A stretch of 32,000 nt of DNA from Nostoc sp. KVJ3 (GCF_026127265.1 NZ_WWFG01000002.1:2690144-2722143); one strand, 5' to 3'; counted from the stretch's first letter, positions 17,931 to 25,398 are shown. Notes: generated by a model not told the origin, from the letters alone. Translations and numbers: made by a program.

Positions 17931-18060
17931 TATGCAAAAAGATTTATGTCATTGCGAGCGGAATGAAATGTAGCGTTCGCGCAGCGTCTCTAAGAGTTGC
18001 AATCCCAAGACCTTGGGATTGCTTCATTCGCAATAACAGATGTATATTTAATTTTGCATT
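17931..18060. repeat. nested SDR/MITE-like element
   Basis: TATGCAAAAAGATTTATGTCATTGCGAGCGGAATGAAATGTAGC...GGATTGCTTCATTCGCAATAACAGATGTATATTTAATTTTGCAT, with the same outer and inner arms as 10681..10830. Confidence 0.85.
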
Positions 18061-18193
18061 AATACTTATTGAATCGCCAAGCCGCCAAGAAAAGCAGGAA
18101 ATAAGTTTACAAATTATTATTTGCTCTCCATGAATTATTGAGAGACTGTAGACTGAGAAGCATAAGGGTAATCTCGTATATTTTGGCAGAGTT

Positions 18194-18583
18194 ATGGAGC
18201 CAGTATCACTGACAGCCGCTGCGATCGCAACTTTGGTAATCACCAAAGCCTTTGAAAAAACTGGTGAAATCTTGGGCGAAAACGTTTTAGAGCAAAGTGG
18301 TAAATTATTTTTACTGCTGAAGCGCAAAGCACCTAAGACGGCGAGTGCTATAGAACTGGCTCAAACACAACCGCTAAATTATGGACAAGCTTCTCTGGTT
18401 GAGCAGGTAGAAGAAGCAGCAAAAAAAGACCCTGAAATTGCTCAAGCTGTGGAAGCTATAGCGGATACTGTTAAATCTCAACCCTCTATTATTCAGAATT
18501 TTACGAACACAGTCGATAAAAATTATGGCGGGAATGTCGGGAATGTTGCTAATGACAACCGCAATCAAACTTTTAATTTCTGA
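18194..18583 (+). CDS. 129-aa N-terminal effector-like module ORF, in frame with the downstream NB-ARC gene and separated from it by a single TGA
   Basis: ATG at 18194. It starts with a hydrophobic helix (MEPVSLTAAAIATLVITKAF), continues with a charged helical region, and ends in an N/G/Q-rich tail (NFTNTVDKNYGGNVGNVANDNRNQTFNF). The stop TGA at 18581..18583 is followed by 26 sense codons in the same frame, up to the GTG at 18662. Confidence 0.6.
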   Translation: MEPVSLTAAAIATLVITKAFEKTGEILGENVLEQSGKLFLLLKRKAPKTASAIELAQTQPLNYGQASLVEQVEEAAKKDPEIAQAVEAIADTVKSQPSIIQNFTNTVDKNYGGNVGNVANDNRNQTFNF

Positions 18584-18661
18584 CTAAAGTCGTCCGAAGG
18601 GGAACGGGTAAAGTTAAATCCCCCGACTGGAACACCGCAAAATTTACCTCTGAGTGGGGTA

Positions 18662-21115
18662 GTGGAATTTGTTGGGCGTGAGGAAGAATTGCAAAAACTG
18701 CACCAACTTTTGCAGGATAATAAACAAGTAGCCATTGCTGCGATCGCTGGTATGGGTGGAGTTGGTAAAACAGAACTCGCCTTACAATATGCCATCAAAC
18801 GCCGCGAAACATATAACGGTGGGCTTTGCTGGTTGCTAGCAAAAAATGGGGATGTGGGCATTCAAGTTGTGCAGTTTGCCAGAACGCAGCTTGATTTAAA
18901 GCCGCCAGAAGATTTTGATTTACTCGCCCAAGTGCAATATTGTTGGCGGCGTTGGCGTGAGGGTGATGTGCTGCTAGTGCTGGATGATGTCAGCGACTAT
19001 GAGGAAGTCAAGCCTTATCTACCGTCGTCATCTTCTCGGTTTAAAGTGCTGATGACTACGCGCCAGAAGTTGGGACGCATGGCACAGTTATCTTTAGATG
19101 TGCTGCAACCAGAGGCGGCGCTGGAGTTATTAAAGTCTTTACTCAAAGAGACACCGGGGCGAATTGAAAAAGAATTAGCTTTAGCAAATCAGTTGTGTGA
19201 ATGGCTGGGATATTTACCTTTGGGTGTGGAATTAGTAGGGCGCTATCTGGCGCGGAAACAGGATTTATCCCTAGCAGAAATGTTGCGGCGGTTGGAGAAC
19301 AAGCGATTAGATGAGCGTTCCCTCTCTAAATCTAAGTCGGAAGCTGACATGACAGCACAACGAGGTGTGTTAGCCGCCTTTGAGTTGAGTTGGCAAGAAT
19401 TAGAGGACAATGATAAGCAATTGGGTTGTTTATTGAGTTTATTTGCTGCCGCACCTATACATTGGAAGTTGGTGGAACAGTGTTTACCAGATGAAGATGC
19501 CGAAGATTTAGAGGAAATTAGAGACGATAGCTTGCTGAATTTGCATTTACTCCAGCGCAAAGGTGAGGGAGTTTATCAATTACATCCACTGCTGCGCGAG
19601 TTTTTCCAATACAAGTGTACAGGTTTAGATAAGGTAGAGGAATTTAAGCGATCGCTTTGTCGGGTAATGGTAGCAGTTGCTAAAGATATTCCTGAAGACC
19701 CTACCCTTAAGCAAATCACTGCTGTTTCCCCCGCCATATCTCATATAGCTGAAATAGCAAAGAATCTCATTCAATACATCAGCAATAATAATTTACTTTA
19801 TCCTTTCGTTGGTAACGCTCGTTTTTACAGTGGTCAAGGGTTTTATGATAAAGCTTTACCTTGGTATCAGGATTGTCTAAAAGTTATCAAAGAACGCTTG
19901 GGAGAAGAACATCCATCTGTCGCCACTAGCCTCAACAACCTAGCGGGACTCTACGACTCCCAAGGCAGATACAGCGAAGCCGAACCCCTTTACATCCAAG
20001 CTTTAGCACTCAGGCGCAAGCTGCTGGGTGAAGAACATCAAGATGTCGGACAAAGCCTCAATAACCTAGCGTTACTCTACTACTCCCAAGGCAAATACAG
20101 CGAAGCTGAACCCCTTTACATCCAAGCTTTGGCACTCGCGCGTCAACTACTGGGTGATGAACATCGATTTGTCGCCACTAGCCTCAACAACCTAGCGGGA
20201 CTCTACAACTCCCAAGGCAGATACAGCGAAGCCGAACCCCTTTACATCCAAGCTTTAGCACTCAGGCGCAAGCTGCTGGAAGAAGAACATCCATCTGTCG
20301 CCTCTAGCCTCAACAACCTAGCGCATCTCTACGGTTCCCAAGGGAGATACAGCGAAGCCGAACCCCTTTTAATCCAAGCTTTAGCACTCAGGCGCAAGCT
20401 GCTAGGAGAAGAACATCCAGATGTCGGACAAAGCCTCAACAACCTAGCGTATCTCTACAACTCCCAAGGGAGATACAGCGAAGCCGAACCCCTTTACATC
20501 CAAGCTTTAGCACTCTGGCGCAAGCTGTTGGGAGAAGAACATCCATCTGTCGCCCAAAGCCTCAACAACCTAGCGTTACTCTACGGTTCCCAAGGGAGAT
20601 ACAGCGAAGCCGAACCCCTTTACATCCAAGCTTTAGCACTCTGTCGCAAGCTGCTGGGAGAAGAACATCCAGATGTCGCCTCTAGCCTCAACAACCTAGC
20701 GTATCTCTACAACTCCCAAGGGAGATACAGCGAAGCCGAACCCCTTTACATCCAAGCTTTAGCACTCTGGCGCAAGCTGTTGGGAGAAGAACATCCATCT
20801 GTCGCCACTAGCCTCAACAACCTAGCGTTACTCTATAAATCCCAAGGCAGATACAGCGAAGCTGAACCCCTTTACATCCAAGCTTTAGCACTCAGGCGCA
20901 AGCTGCTGGGAGAAGAACATCCAGATGTCGCCCAAAGCCTCAACAACCTGGCGTTACTCTACAAATCCCAAGGCAAATACAGCGAAGCCGAACCCCTTTA
21001 CATCCAAGCTTTGGATATTTGTGAGCGACGGTTAGGCGCAAATCATCCTAATACTGTTACTGTGCGTCAAAATTTAGCAGATTTGCGCGATCGCATCGCC
21101 TCAAATCAAGAATAG
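18662..21115 (+). CDS. NLR-like STAND ATPase: NB-ARC domain plus ~10 kinesin-light-chain-type 42-aa TPR repeats
   Basis: Walker A GMGGVGKT (18749..18772), Walker B LLVLDDV, MTTR, and a GLPL-like GYLPLGVELVG. Nine near-identical EEHPxVAxSLNNLAxLYxSQGRYSEAEPLYIQALALxRKLLG units follow. The only start before the P-loop is the GTG at 18662, with a poor SD; there is no ATG. Confidence 0.9.
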   Translation: MEFVGREEELQKLHQLLQDNKQVAIAAIAGMGGVGKTELALQYAIKRRETYNGGLCWLLAKNGDVGIQVVQFARTQLDLKPPEDFDLLAQVQYCWRRWREGDVLLVLDDVSDYEEVKPYLPSSSSRFKVLMTTRQKLGRMAQLSLDVLQPEAALELLKSLLKETPGRIEKELALANQLCEWLGYLPLGVELVGRYLARKQDLSLAEMLRRLENKRLDERSLSKSKSEADMTAQRGVLAAFELSWQELEDNDKQLGCLLSLFAAAPIHWKLVEQCLPDEDAEDLEEIRDDSLLNLHLLQRKGEGVYQLHPLLREFFQYKCTGLDKVEEFKRSLCRVMVAVAKDIPEDPTLKQITAVSPAISHIAEIAKNLIQYISNNNLLYPFVGNARFYSGQGFYDKALPWYQDCLKVIKERLGEEHPSVATSLNNLAGLYDSQGRYSEAEPLYIQALALRRKLLGEEHQDVGQSLNNLALLYYSQGKYSEAEPLYIQALALARQLLGDEHRFVATSLNNLAGLYNSQGRYSEAEPLYIQALALRRKLLEEEHPSVASSLNNLAHLYGSQGRYSEAEPLLIQALALRRKLLGEEHPDVGQSLNNLAYLYNSQGRYSEAEPLYIQALALWRKLLGEEHPSVAQSLNNLALLYGSQGRYSEAEPLYIQALALCRKLLGEEHPDVASSLNNLAYLYNSQGRYSEAEPLYIQALALWRKLLGEEHPSVATSLNNLALLYKSQGRYSEAEPLYIQALALRRKLLGEEHPDVAQSLNNLALLYKSQGKYSEAEPLYIQALDICERRLGANHPNTVTVRQNLADLRDRIASNQE
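19904..21012 (+). repeat. 126-bp tandem coding repeats (TPR units) with very high nucleotide identity
   Basis: The period of 126 nt is visible directly: CATCTGTCGCCACTAGCCTCAACAACC at ~19913 recurs 126 nt later and onwards. Long blocks are shared identically between units, for example AGATACAGCGAAGCCGAACCCCTTTACATCCAAGCTTTAGCACTC. Confidence 0.9.
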
Positions 21116-21165
21116 GCAAGTTTTGTGCAAAGCGTACCATGTTAAAAGTTAGATTTGCGATCGCC

Positions 21166-21333
21166 TAAACTCGGAGTTTCCTGTTCTAAACTCGGAGTTT
21201 TCTGTTCCAAACGAGAACGTTCCTGTTTTAAGTGAGAACGTTTTGGCTTCAAGTGAGAATGTTCCTGTTTTAAGTGAGAACATTTCTATTCCAAGTGAAA
21301 ATGTTTTAGTTTCAAGTTCGACGTTTCGTGTTC
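21166..21333. repeat. eight degenerate tandem copies of a 20-22 bp unit
   Basis: TAAACTCGGAGTTTCCTGTTC / TAAACTCGGAGTTTTCTGTTC / CAAACGAGAACGTTCCTGTTT / TAAGTGAGAACGTTTTGGCTTC / AAGTGAGAATGTTCCTGTTTT / AAGTGAGAACATTTCTATTCC / AAGTGAAAATGTTTTAGTTTC / AAGTTCGACGTTTCGTGTTC. Confidence 0.9.
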
Positions 21334-21436
21334 TGAGGTGGAATGATGGTGTTGTGAAGGCGATCGCTCTTGTTCAGAGTGTAAAATGAGGTACGATGGC
21401 CTGTGAGAATTGAGAGATGAATATAATTGCGATCGC

Positions 21437-21742
21437 TTAGATATCCTGATTCTCGTGAAAAATATCTTCAAAATCTCGATATCCACTCAAAACCCTCTCC
21501 ACTTGGATACCATTTTTAACTGGTCTGTAAAAAATGACTTGATTATCCACTGGCAAACTACGTAAATTGGGTGCTAGTTCCTCACGGCTACGCCCAAGTT
21601 CAGGAAAATCTGCTAATAAAAGACACTTTTCTTCAAAAGCATCAAGAAAACGACTAGCTGCACCTAAATTCAACCGACTTATATAGTTTTTTATATCTTT
21701 TAAGTCTTGCTTGGCAGCAGCACTCAAAATATATCTGCTCAT
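21437..21742 (-). CDS. parE: type II toxin, ParE/RelE superfamily
   Basis: 101 aa: MSRYILSAAAKQDLKDIKNYI...FPELGRSREELAPNLRSLPVDNQVIFYRPVKNGIQVERVLSGYRDF. The ATG lies 2 nt after the parD stop (TAAGGATG). Confidence 0.85.
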   Translation of the reverse strand: MSRYILSAAAKQDLKDIKNYISRLNLGAASRFLDAFEEKCLLLADFPELGRSREELAPNLRSLPVDNQVIFYRPVKNGIQVERVLSGYRDFEDIFHENQDI

Positions 21743-21744
21743 CC

Positions 21745-22005
21745 TTAACTCTGCTGTGCTTGTTGAATTTCTTCTCGTAATTCTCTTAATACTTCTTCCC
21801 CATCAAAAACATCACCGCGATCTGATTGTTCAATTCCAATAGCAATTTCTTTGCGGAGTTCTTCTAATCGCACTAAACGTTTCGTCTCCCATTCCTCTAG
21901 CAATTGCAAGGCAGCGCAAACTACTTCAGAAGCAGATGAATATCTACCTTCCTTGACTGTTGATTGGATAAACTGCTCTAGTTCTGGAGTTAAAGATATA
22001 TTCAT
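21745..22005 (-). CDS. parD: type II antitoxin, ParD family (ribbon-helix-helix)
   Basis: 86 aa: MNISLTPELEQFIQSTVKEGRYSSASEVVCAALQLLEE.... It sits immediately upstream of parE. Confidence 0.85.
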   Translation of the reverse strand: MNISLTPELEQFIQSTVKEGRYSSASEVVCAALQLLEEWETKRLVRLEELRKEIAIGIEQSDRGDVFDGEEVLRELREEIQQAQQS

Positions 22006-22108
22006 AACATGGAAGACAATATTTTAATCAACATGACTACATTTTACTATAGCGATCGCTCGACTTAAATTGTAGAATCATGAGCAATTTTTCACAAAAT
22101 CTCGATAC

Positions 22109-22381
22109 TTACAAAGTATCCATCGGCTCAAGAGTCGGCTCCTTGTTGAGGTCAATATTATCAATTACTGGTAGAGAATATCCCAGCTTTAACCCAAGCA
22201 AAATCCAGTCTTCCAGCGTTGGGCGTAATTCATCTTCACACTCGCGCAAAGTTGATGCAAAGGCTATCACTCCTTTGCAAACAGGAATCCTACCTGTAAA
22301 TGTATCATCTTCGAGCTTGTCATAAATTGCCTGAGCAACTGCTTGGTCAACATAATCGCTCAGAATAAACCTTATGGCCAT
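22109..22381 (-). CDS. HicB-like (UPF0150-fold) antitoxin-type protein, with no hicA partner seen
   Basis: The likely start is MAIRFILSDYVDQAVAQAIYDKLEDDTFTGRIPVCKGVIAFASTLRECEDELRPTLEDWILLGLKLGYSLPVI, a pattern typical of cyanobacterial HicB-family annotations. The ORF-track start at 22426 would run deep into the Uma2 gene. Confidence 0.5.
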   Translation of the reverse strand: MAIRFILSDYVDQAVAQAIYDKLEDDTFTGRIPVCKGVIAFASTLRECEDELRPTLEDWILLGLKLGYSLPVIDNIDLNKEPTLEPMDTL

Positions 22382-22922
22382 GACTGTTGAAGAATACCTC
22401 CAAATGGAGGAACAGAGCAATATCAAGCATGAATATATAGACGGTTACATCTACGCAATGGCTGAAGCGCTTGAAGCACACGTCACAATTGCTCTTAACC
22501 TTGCCGCTCTCCTCCGTAATCATGTGCGCGGCTCTGGTTGCCGTGTTTACATCACTGACATGAAAGCCCAAATTGAATCTCTGAATCGCTTTTATTATCC
22601 CGATGTGATGGTTACTTGCGATCAACGAGATCGAGAAACGCCAGGTTATAAAAGATTTCCCTGTTTAATTGTCGAAGTTTTATCTAATTCTACAGAAGCC
22701 TTTGACCGCGGTGACAAATTCGCCGATTATCAAACACTGGAAAGTCTGCAAGAGTATATATTAATTAATACTAAACGTCAGCGAGTCGAGTGTTTTCGAC
22801 GCAATGAACAAGGGTTCTGGGTTTTGCAATCTTACACAGCAGAACATCAATCATTTCGACTCAACAGCGTGGATTTTGAGGAAACAATGGCAGCACTTTA
22901 CGAAGATATAGTTTTTGAATAA
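22374..22922 (+). CDS. Uma2-family (DUF820) PD-(D/E)xK-type putative endonuclease
   Basis: MAMTVEEYLQMEEQSNIKHEYIDGYIYAMA...YYPDVMVTC...CLIVEVLSNSTEAFDRGDKFADYQ...LQEYILI. The start may instead be the ATG at 22380. Confidence 0.85.
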   Translation: MAMTVEEYLQMEEQSNIKHEYIDGYIYAMAEALEAHVTIALNLAALLRNHVRGSGCRVYITDMKAQIESLNRFYYPDVMVTCDQRDRETPGYKRFPCLIVEVLSNSTEAFDRGDKFADYQTLESLQEYILINTKRQRVECFRRNEQGFWVLQSYTAEHQSFRLNSVDFEETMAALYEDIVFE

Positions 22923-22948
22923 GTAGTTAAACAAAATTAATTACACAA

Positions 22949-23117
22949 TGTCATTGCGAATGGAGCGTAAAGCCTTCGGCATAGCTTCGCTTAACGCGGT
23001 AGCGTCTCGTAGAGATAGCGAAATGAAGCATAAGTCCTTCGGACACGCTTCGCGAACGCGGGGGCTAGGATTGCAACTCTTGGAGACGCTGTTCGCGTTC
23101 GCTTCGCTTGCAATGAC
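22949..23117. repeat. composite/nested SDR element
   Basis: TGTCATTGCGAATGGAGCG...GAAATGAAGCATAAGTCCTTCGGACACGCTTCGCGAACGC...GCTTCGCTTGCAATGAC. The 68-aa ORF 22948..23154 is read out of this repeat. Confidence 0.85.
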
Positions 23118-23236
23118 TGTAATTAATTCTGCATGGTTACTTAATACCGAATAAGAGGATTTTACCCAAAGTCTGACTAAGCCTTATTTTCATCAAGAAT
23201 TGCTATAAGAGTACTCCAAGTAAAAAAATGCCCAAT

Positions 23237-23300
23237 TGTCATTGCGAGCGAAGCGAAGCAATCCCAAGGGCTGTGATTGCTTCGCTTCGCTCGCAATGAC
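23237..23300. repeat. SDR hairpin with perfect 26-bp arms
   Basis: GTCATTGCGAGCGAAGCGAAGCAATC (23238..23263), an 11-nt loop, then GATTGCTTCGCTTCGCTCGCAATGAC (23275..23300). Confidence 0.95.
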
Positions 23301-23422
23301 GGGTTTTGGATCATTTATTTTTTGGAACACTCTAAAGGACTTCCAATTAAAAAATACTCAACCACTTTTTGCTAAGGCGGACAAGATGCCATTGGTATCG
23401 AGTTAAAGCTAAAGCCCAGATG

Positions 23423-24160
23423 TCAAATAACCTTGTGGCGTTGCGTCAATGTCAATTGTGATTTGAGCTTACCATCTTCCATCTCAACGATGCGATCGGC
23501 AATGTCTAGGATGCGGTTATCGTGAGTAACCATCAAGATAGTACAGCTTTGTTCTTTTGCCAGTTTTTGCATGAGATTGACTACATCTCGTCCCGATTGG
23601 CTGTCAAGGGCGGCGGTGGGTTCATCGGCCAGGATTATTTGAGGATGACTTACTAAGGCGCGAGCGATCGCTACTCTTTGTTTTTGTCCCCCAGACAGTT
23701 TATCAGGATAGTAATGCAAATGATTTCCTAATCCTACCTGTTCTAGCATCTGGACTGACCTCGCTAGCATCTTTTTTAACCCAAGATGTTTGTGCAATTC
23801 CAAAGCCATTTTGACGTTTTGGAGTGCTGTTAAACTACCATGCAAGTTATGTGATTGGAAAATATAACCGTTACGGCATCGCGCTTGCACTAATTGTTCA
23901 GGACTAGCACTACAAAGTTCTTGCCCTAACACTCGCAAACTACCCGATTGGACAGAACGCAATGCACCTACTAAGGTCAGCAAGGTAGTCTTTCCAGAAC
24001 CAGAAGGCCCGGTCATAATAATAATTTCACCGACGTTAATCTCTAAGTCGATGTTAGATAATACTTGCTTACGAAGTGAACTTTCACCAAAGTGGTGGTC
24101 GAGATTCTGGATGGAGATGACGGGAAGCATATTTGAGCATTGGGCATTGAGCATTCCCAT
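23423..24160 (-). CDS. devA: DevA-family ABC exporter ATP-binding subunit
   Basis: Walker A GPSGSGKTT, signature LSGGQKQRVAIARAL, Walker B ILADEPTAALD, H-loop VTHD. It is last in the devB-devC-devA order. An alternative start is MLPVISIQ at 24130. Confidence 0.9.
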   Translation of the reverse strand: MGMLNAQCSNMLPVISIQNLDHHFGESSLRKQVLSNIDLEINVGEIIIMTGPSGSGKTTLLTLVGALRSVQSGSLRVLGQELCSASPEQLVQARCRNGYIFQSHNLHGSLTALQNVKMALELHKHLGLKKMLARSVQMLEQVGLGNHLHYYPDKLSGGQKQRVAIARALVSHPQIILADEPTAALDSQSGRDVVNLMQKLAKEQSCTILMVTHDNRILDIADRIVEMEDGKLKSQLTLTQRHKVI

Positions 24161-24162
24161 TT

Positions 24163-25332
24163 TTAAAACATATCAGCAGGGTCAGTGGCTTGGAGTTTGC
24201 GCGTGGCGATCGCACCGGAAATTGTACACATAATGATAGTTAGTACTAATACTTGCAATGCCCGAATCGCAGTCATGTACATGGGTAAATTTGTGACGCT
24301 GCGAGTCAGTTGGTAAAGTGCTAAGGACACTCCCAATCCGGGGAAGAAGCCCAATGCTGCCAATATCAACGATTCTTCAAGCACCACACCTAGCAGGTAG
24401 TAATTGCGATATCCCATTGCTTTGAAGGTGGCATATTCTCGAACGTGGGCATTAACATCGGTAGAAAGAACTTGATAGACGATAATTACGCCTACCACAA
24501 AGCCCATTGATACACCCAGGCTGAAAATAAACCCAATTGGGGAATTTGTTCTCCAGAAGTTATTTTCAAATTCAATAAATTCGGCGTGGGTTAAGACTTT
24601 GACATCATCTCTCAGGTAGGCTTTGAGCATTGCTGCTACTTTTTTCGGGTCATACCCTGGTTTAAGAACAATTAAACCTAGACTGACGCTGCTAGATTGT
24701 CGCCCAAATAGCCGCAAAAAGTTTTGATCGCTGGTAATCAGATTGCCATCAGAACCAAAGGAAGCCCCGACTTGAAATAAGCCACTAATGGTAATTGTGC
24801 GCCGTTCGATTTCGGTAGTTAGGGTTTTGCCTTGGTCAATTTGAGCGATCGCTTTTTGATAATCTCCTCTTGCGCCACGGTCGAACAAGACGGTATCTGG
24901 TAGCTTAATTGTCTGCAATTGCTGGTTAACATCTGGTAAGTCAAAGGCTGGCTGATCTGGGTTGAAGCCGATAACTAACACCCCTGTTTCACGGTGTGTT
25001 TGGGGATTTTTCCAGATTGTGTTGTTGAAATACATTGCTTGGGCCGACTTCACCCCTGGGATATCCATTGCTTGGTAAAGTCGCCGCCGAGAAAATGTAG
25101 ACAAGCTTGGCAAATTACGGGCTTGAGGACTGGTTAAAACAATGTCTGCTTGCAAACTGCGATGTAGTCTAGTGTTACTGTCATACAGCGCAGTTTGAAA
25201 GCCCAACTGCATGAACATGAGAAGATCCGCAAAGGCAATGCCTGACAGTGCCACCAAAAGACGGCTTTTTTCATGATTCAGTTGCAGCCATCCTAAAGGG
25301 GTTCGTCGTTGCAGTTGTTTGATCAATCCCAT
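24163..25332 (-). CDS. devC: DevC-family ABC exporter permease (FtsX-like)
   Basis: RTPLGWLQLNHEKSRLLVALSGIAFADLLMFMQLGF is a typical DevC N-terminus. There are four TM segments with a large periplasmic loop. I prefer the ATG at 25330..25332. The ORF-track GTG at 25395 adds 21 aa that are read from a GGGGACAAG/AATTCAC repeat tract. Confidence 0.88.
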   Translation of the reverse strand: MGLIKQLQRRTPLGWLQLNHEKSRLLVALSGIAFADLLMFMQLGFQTALYDSNTRLHRSLQADIVLTSPQARNLPSLSTFSRRRLYQAMDIPGVKSAQAMYFNNTIWKNPQTHRETGVLVIGFNPDQPAFDLPDVNQQLQTIKLPDTVLFDRGARGDYQKAIAQIDQGKTLTTEIERRTITISGLFQVGASFGSDGNLITSDQNFLRLFGRQSSSVSLGLIVLKPGYDPKKVAAMLKAYLRDDVKVLTHAEFIEFENNFWRTNSPIGFIFSLGVSMGFVVGVIIVYQVLSTDVNAHVREYATFKAMGYRNYYLLGVVLEESLILAALGFFPGLGVSLALYQLTRSVTNLPMYMTAIRALQVLVLTIIMCTISGAIATRKLQATDPADMF

Positions 25333-25398
25333 GATAAGAAGTGGGGAGATGAGGGGGACAAGGGGGACAAGGAGAATAATCAATGCCCAATTCACAAT

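Noticed and set aside
17944-18327. 127-aa minus-strand ORF, plus 18374..18568, 18565..18861 and 19243..19560
   Set aside because: The first is translated from an SDR element and the antisense of the 18194 ORF. The others are antisense to the NB-ARC gene. None has supporting motifs.
19904-21333. CRISPR-like appearance of regularly spaced repeats
   Set aside because: The 126-bp periodicity is in-frame TPR coding repeats. The 21-bp array has no unique spacers between units. No cas genes are present.
21286-21486. 66-aa ORF overlapping the parE 3' end and entering the 21-bp repeat array
   Set aside because: It overlaps parE on the same strand and its C-terminal half is just the translated tandem repeat, terminated by an in-frame TAG. 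It is treated as repeat-derived.
22080-22625. ORFs 22080..22325 (+) and 22347..22625 (-), and the long version of the HicB-like ORF starting at 22426
   Set aside because: These are antisense or overlapping frames of the HicB-like and Uma2 genes. The N-terminal extension (MILLCSSIWRYSSTV) has no homology-like character and would overlap Uma2 by more than 50 nt.
22948-23154. 68-aa ORF (MSLRMERKAFGIASLNAVASRRDSEMKHKSFGHASRTRG...)
   Set aside because: It is encoded entirely by the composite SDR element. The same peptide-like strings would arise at every copy.
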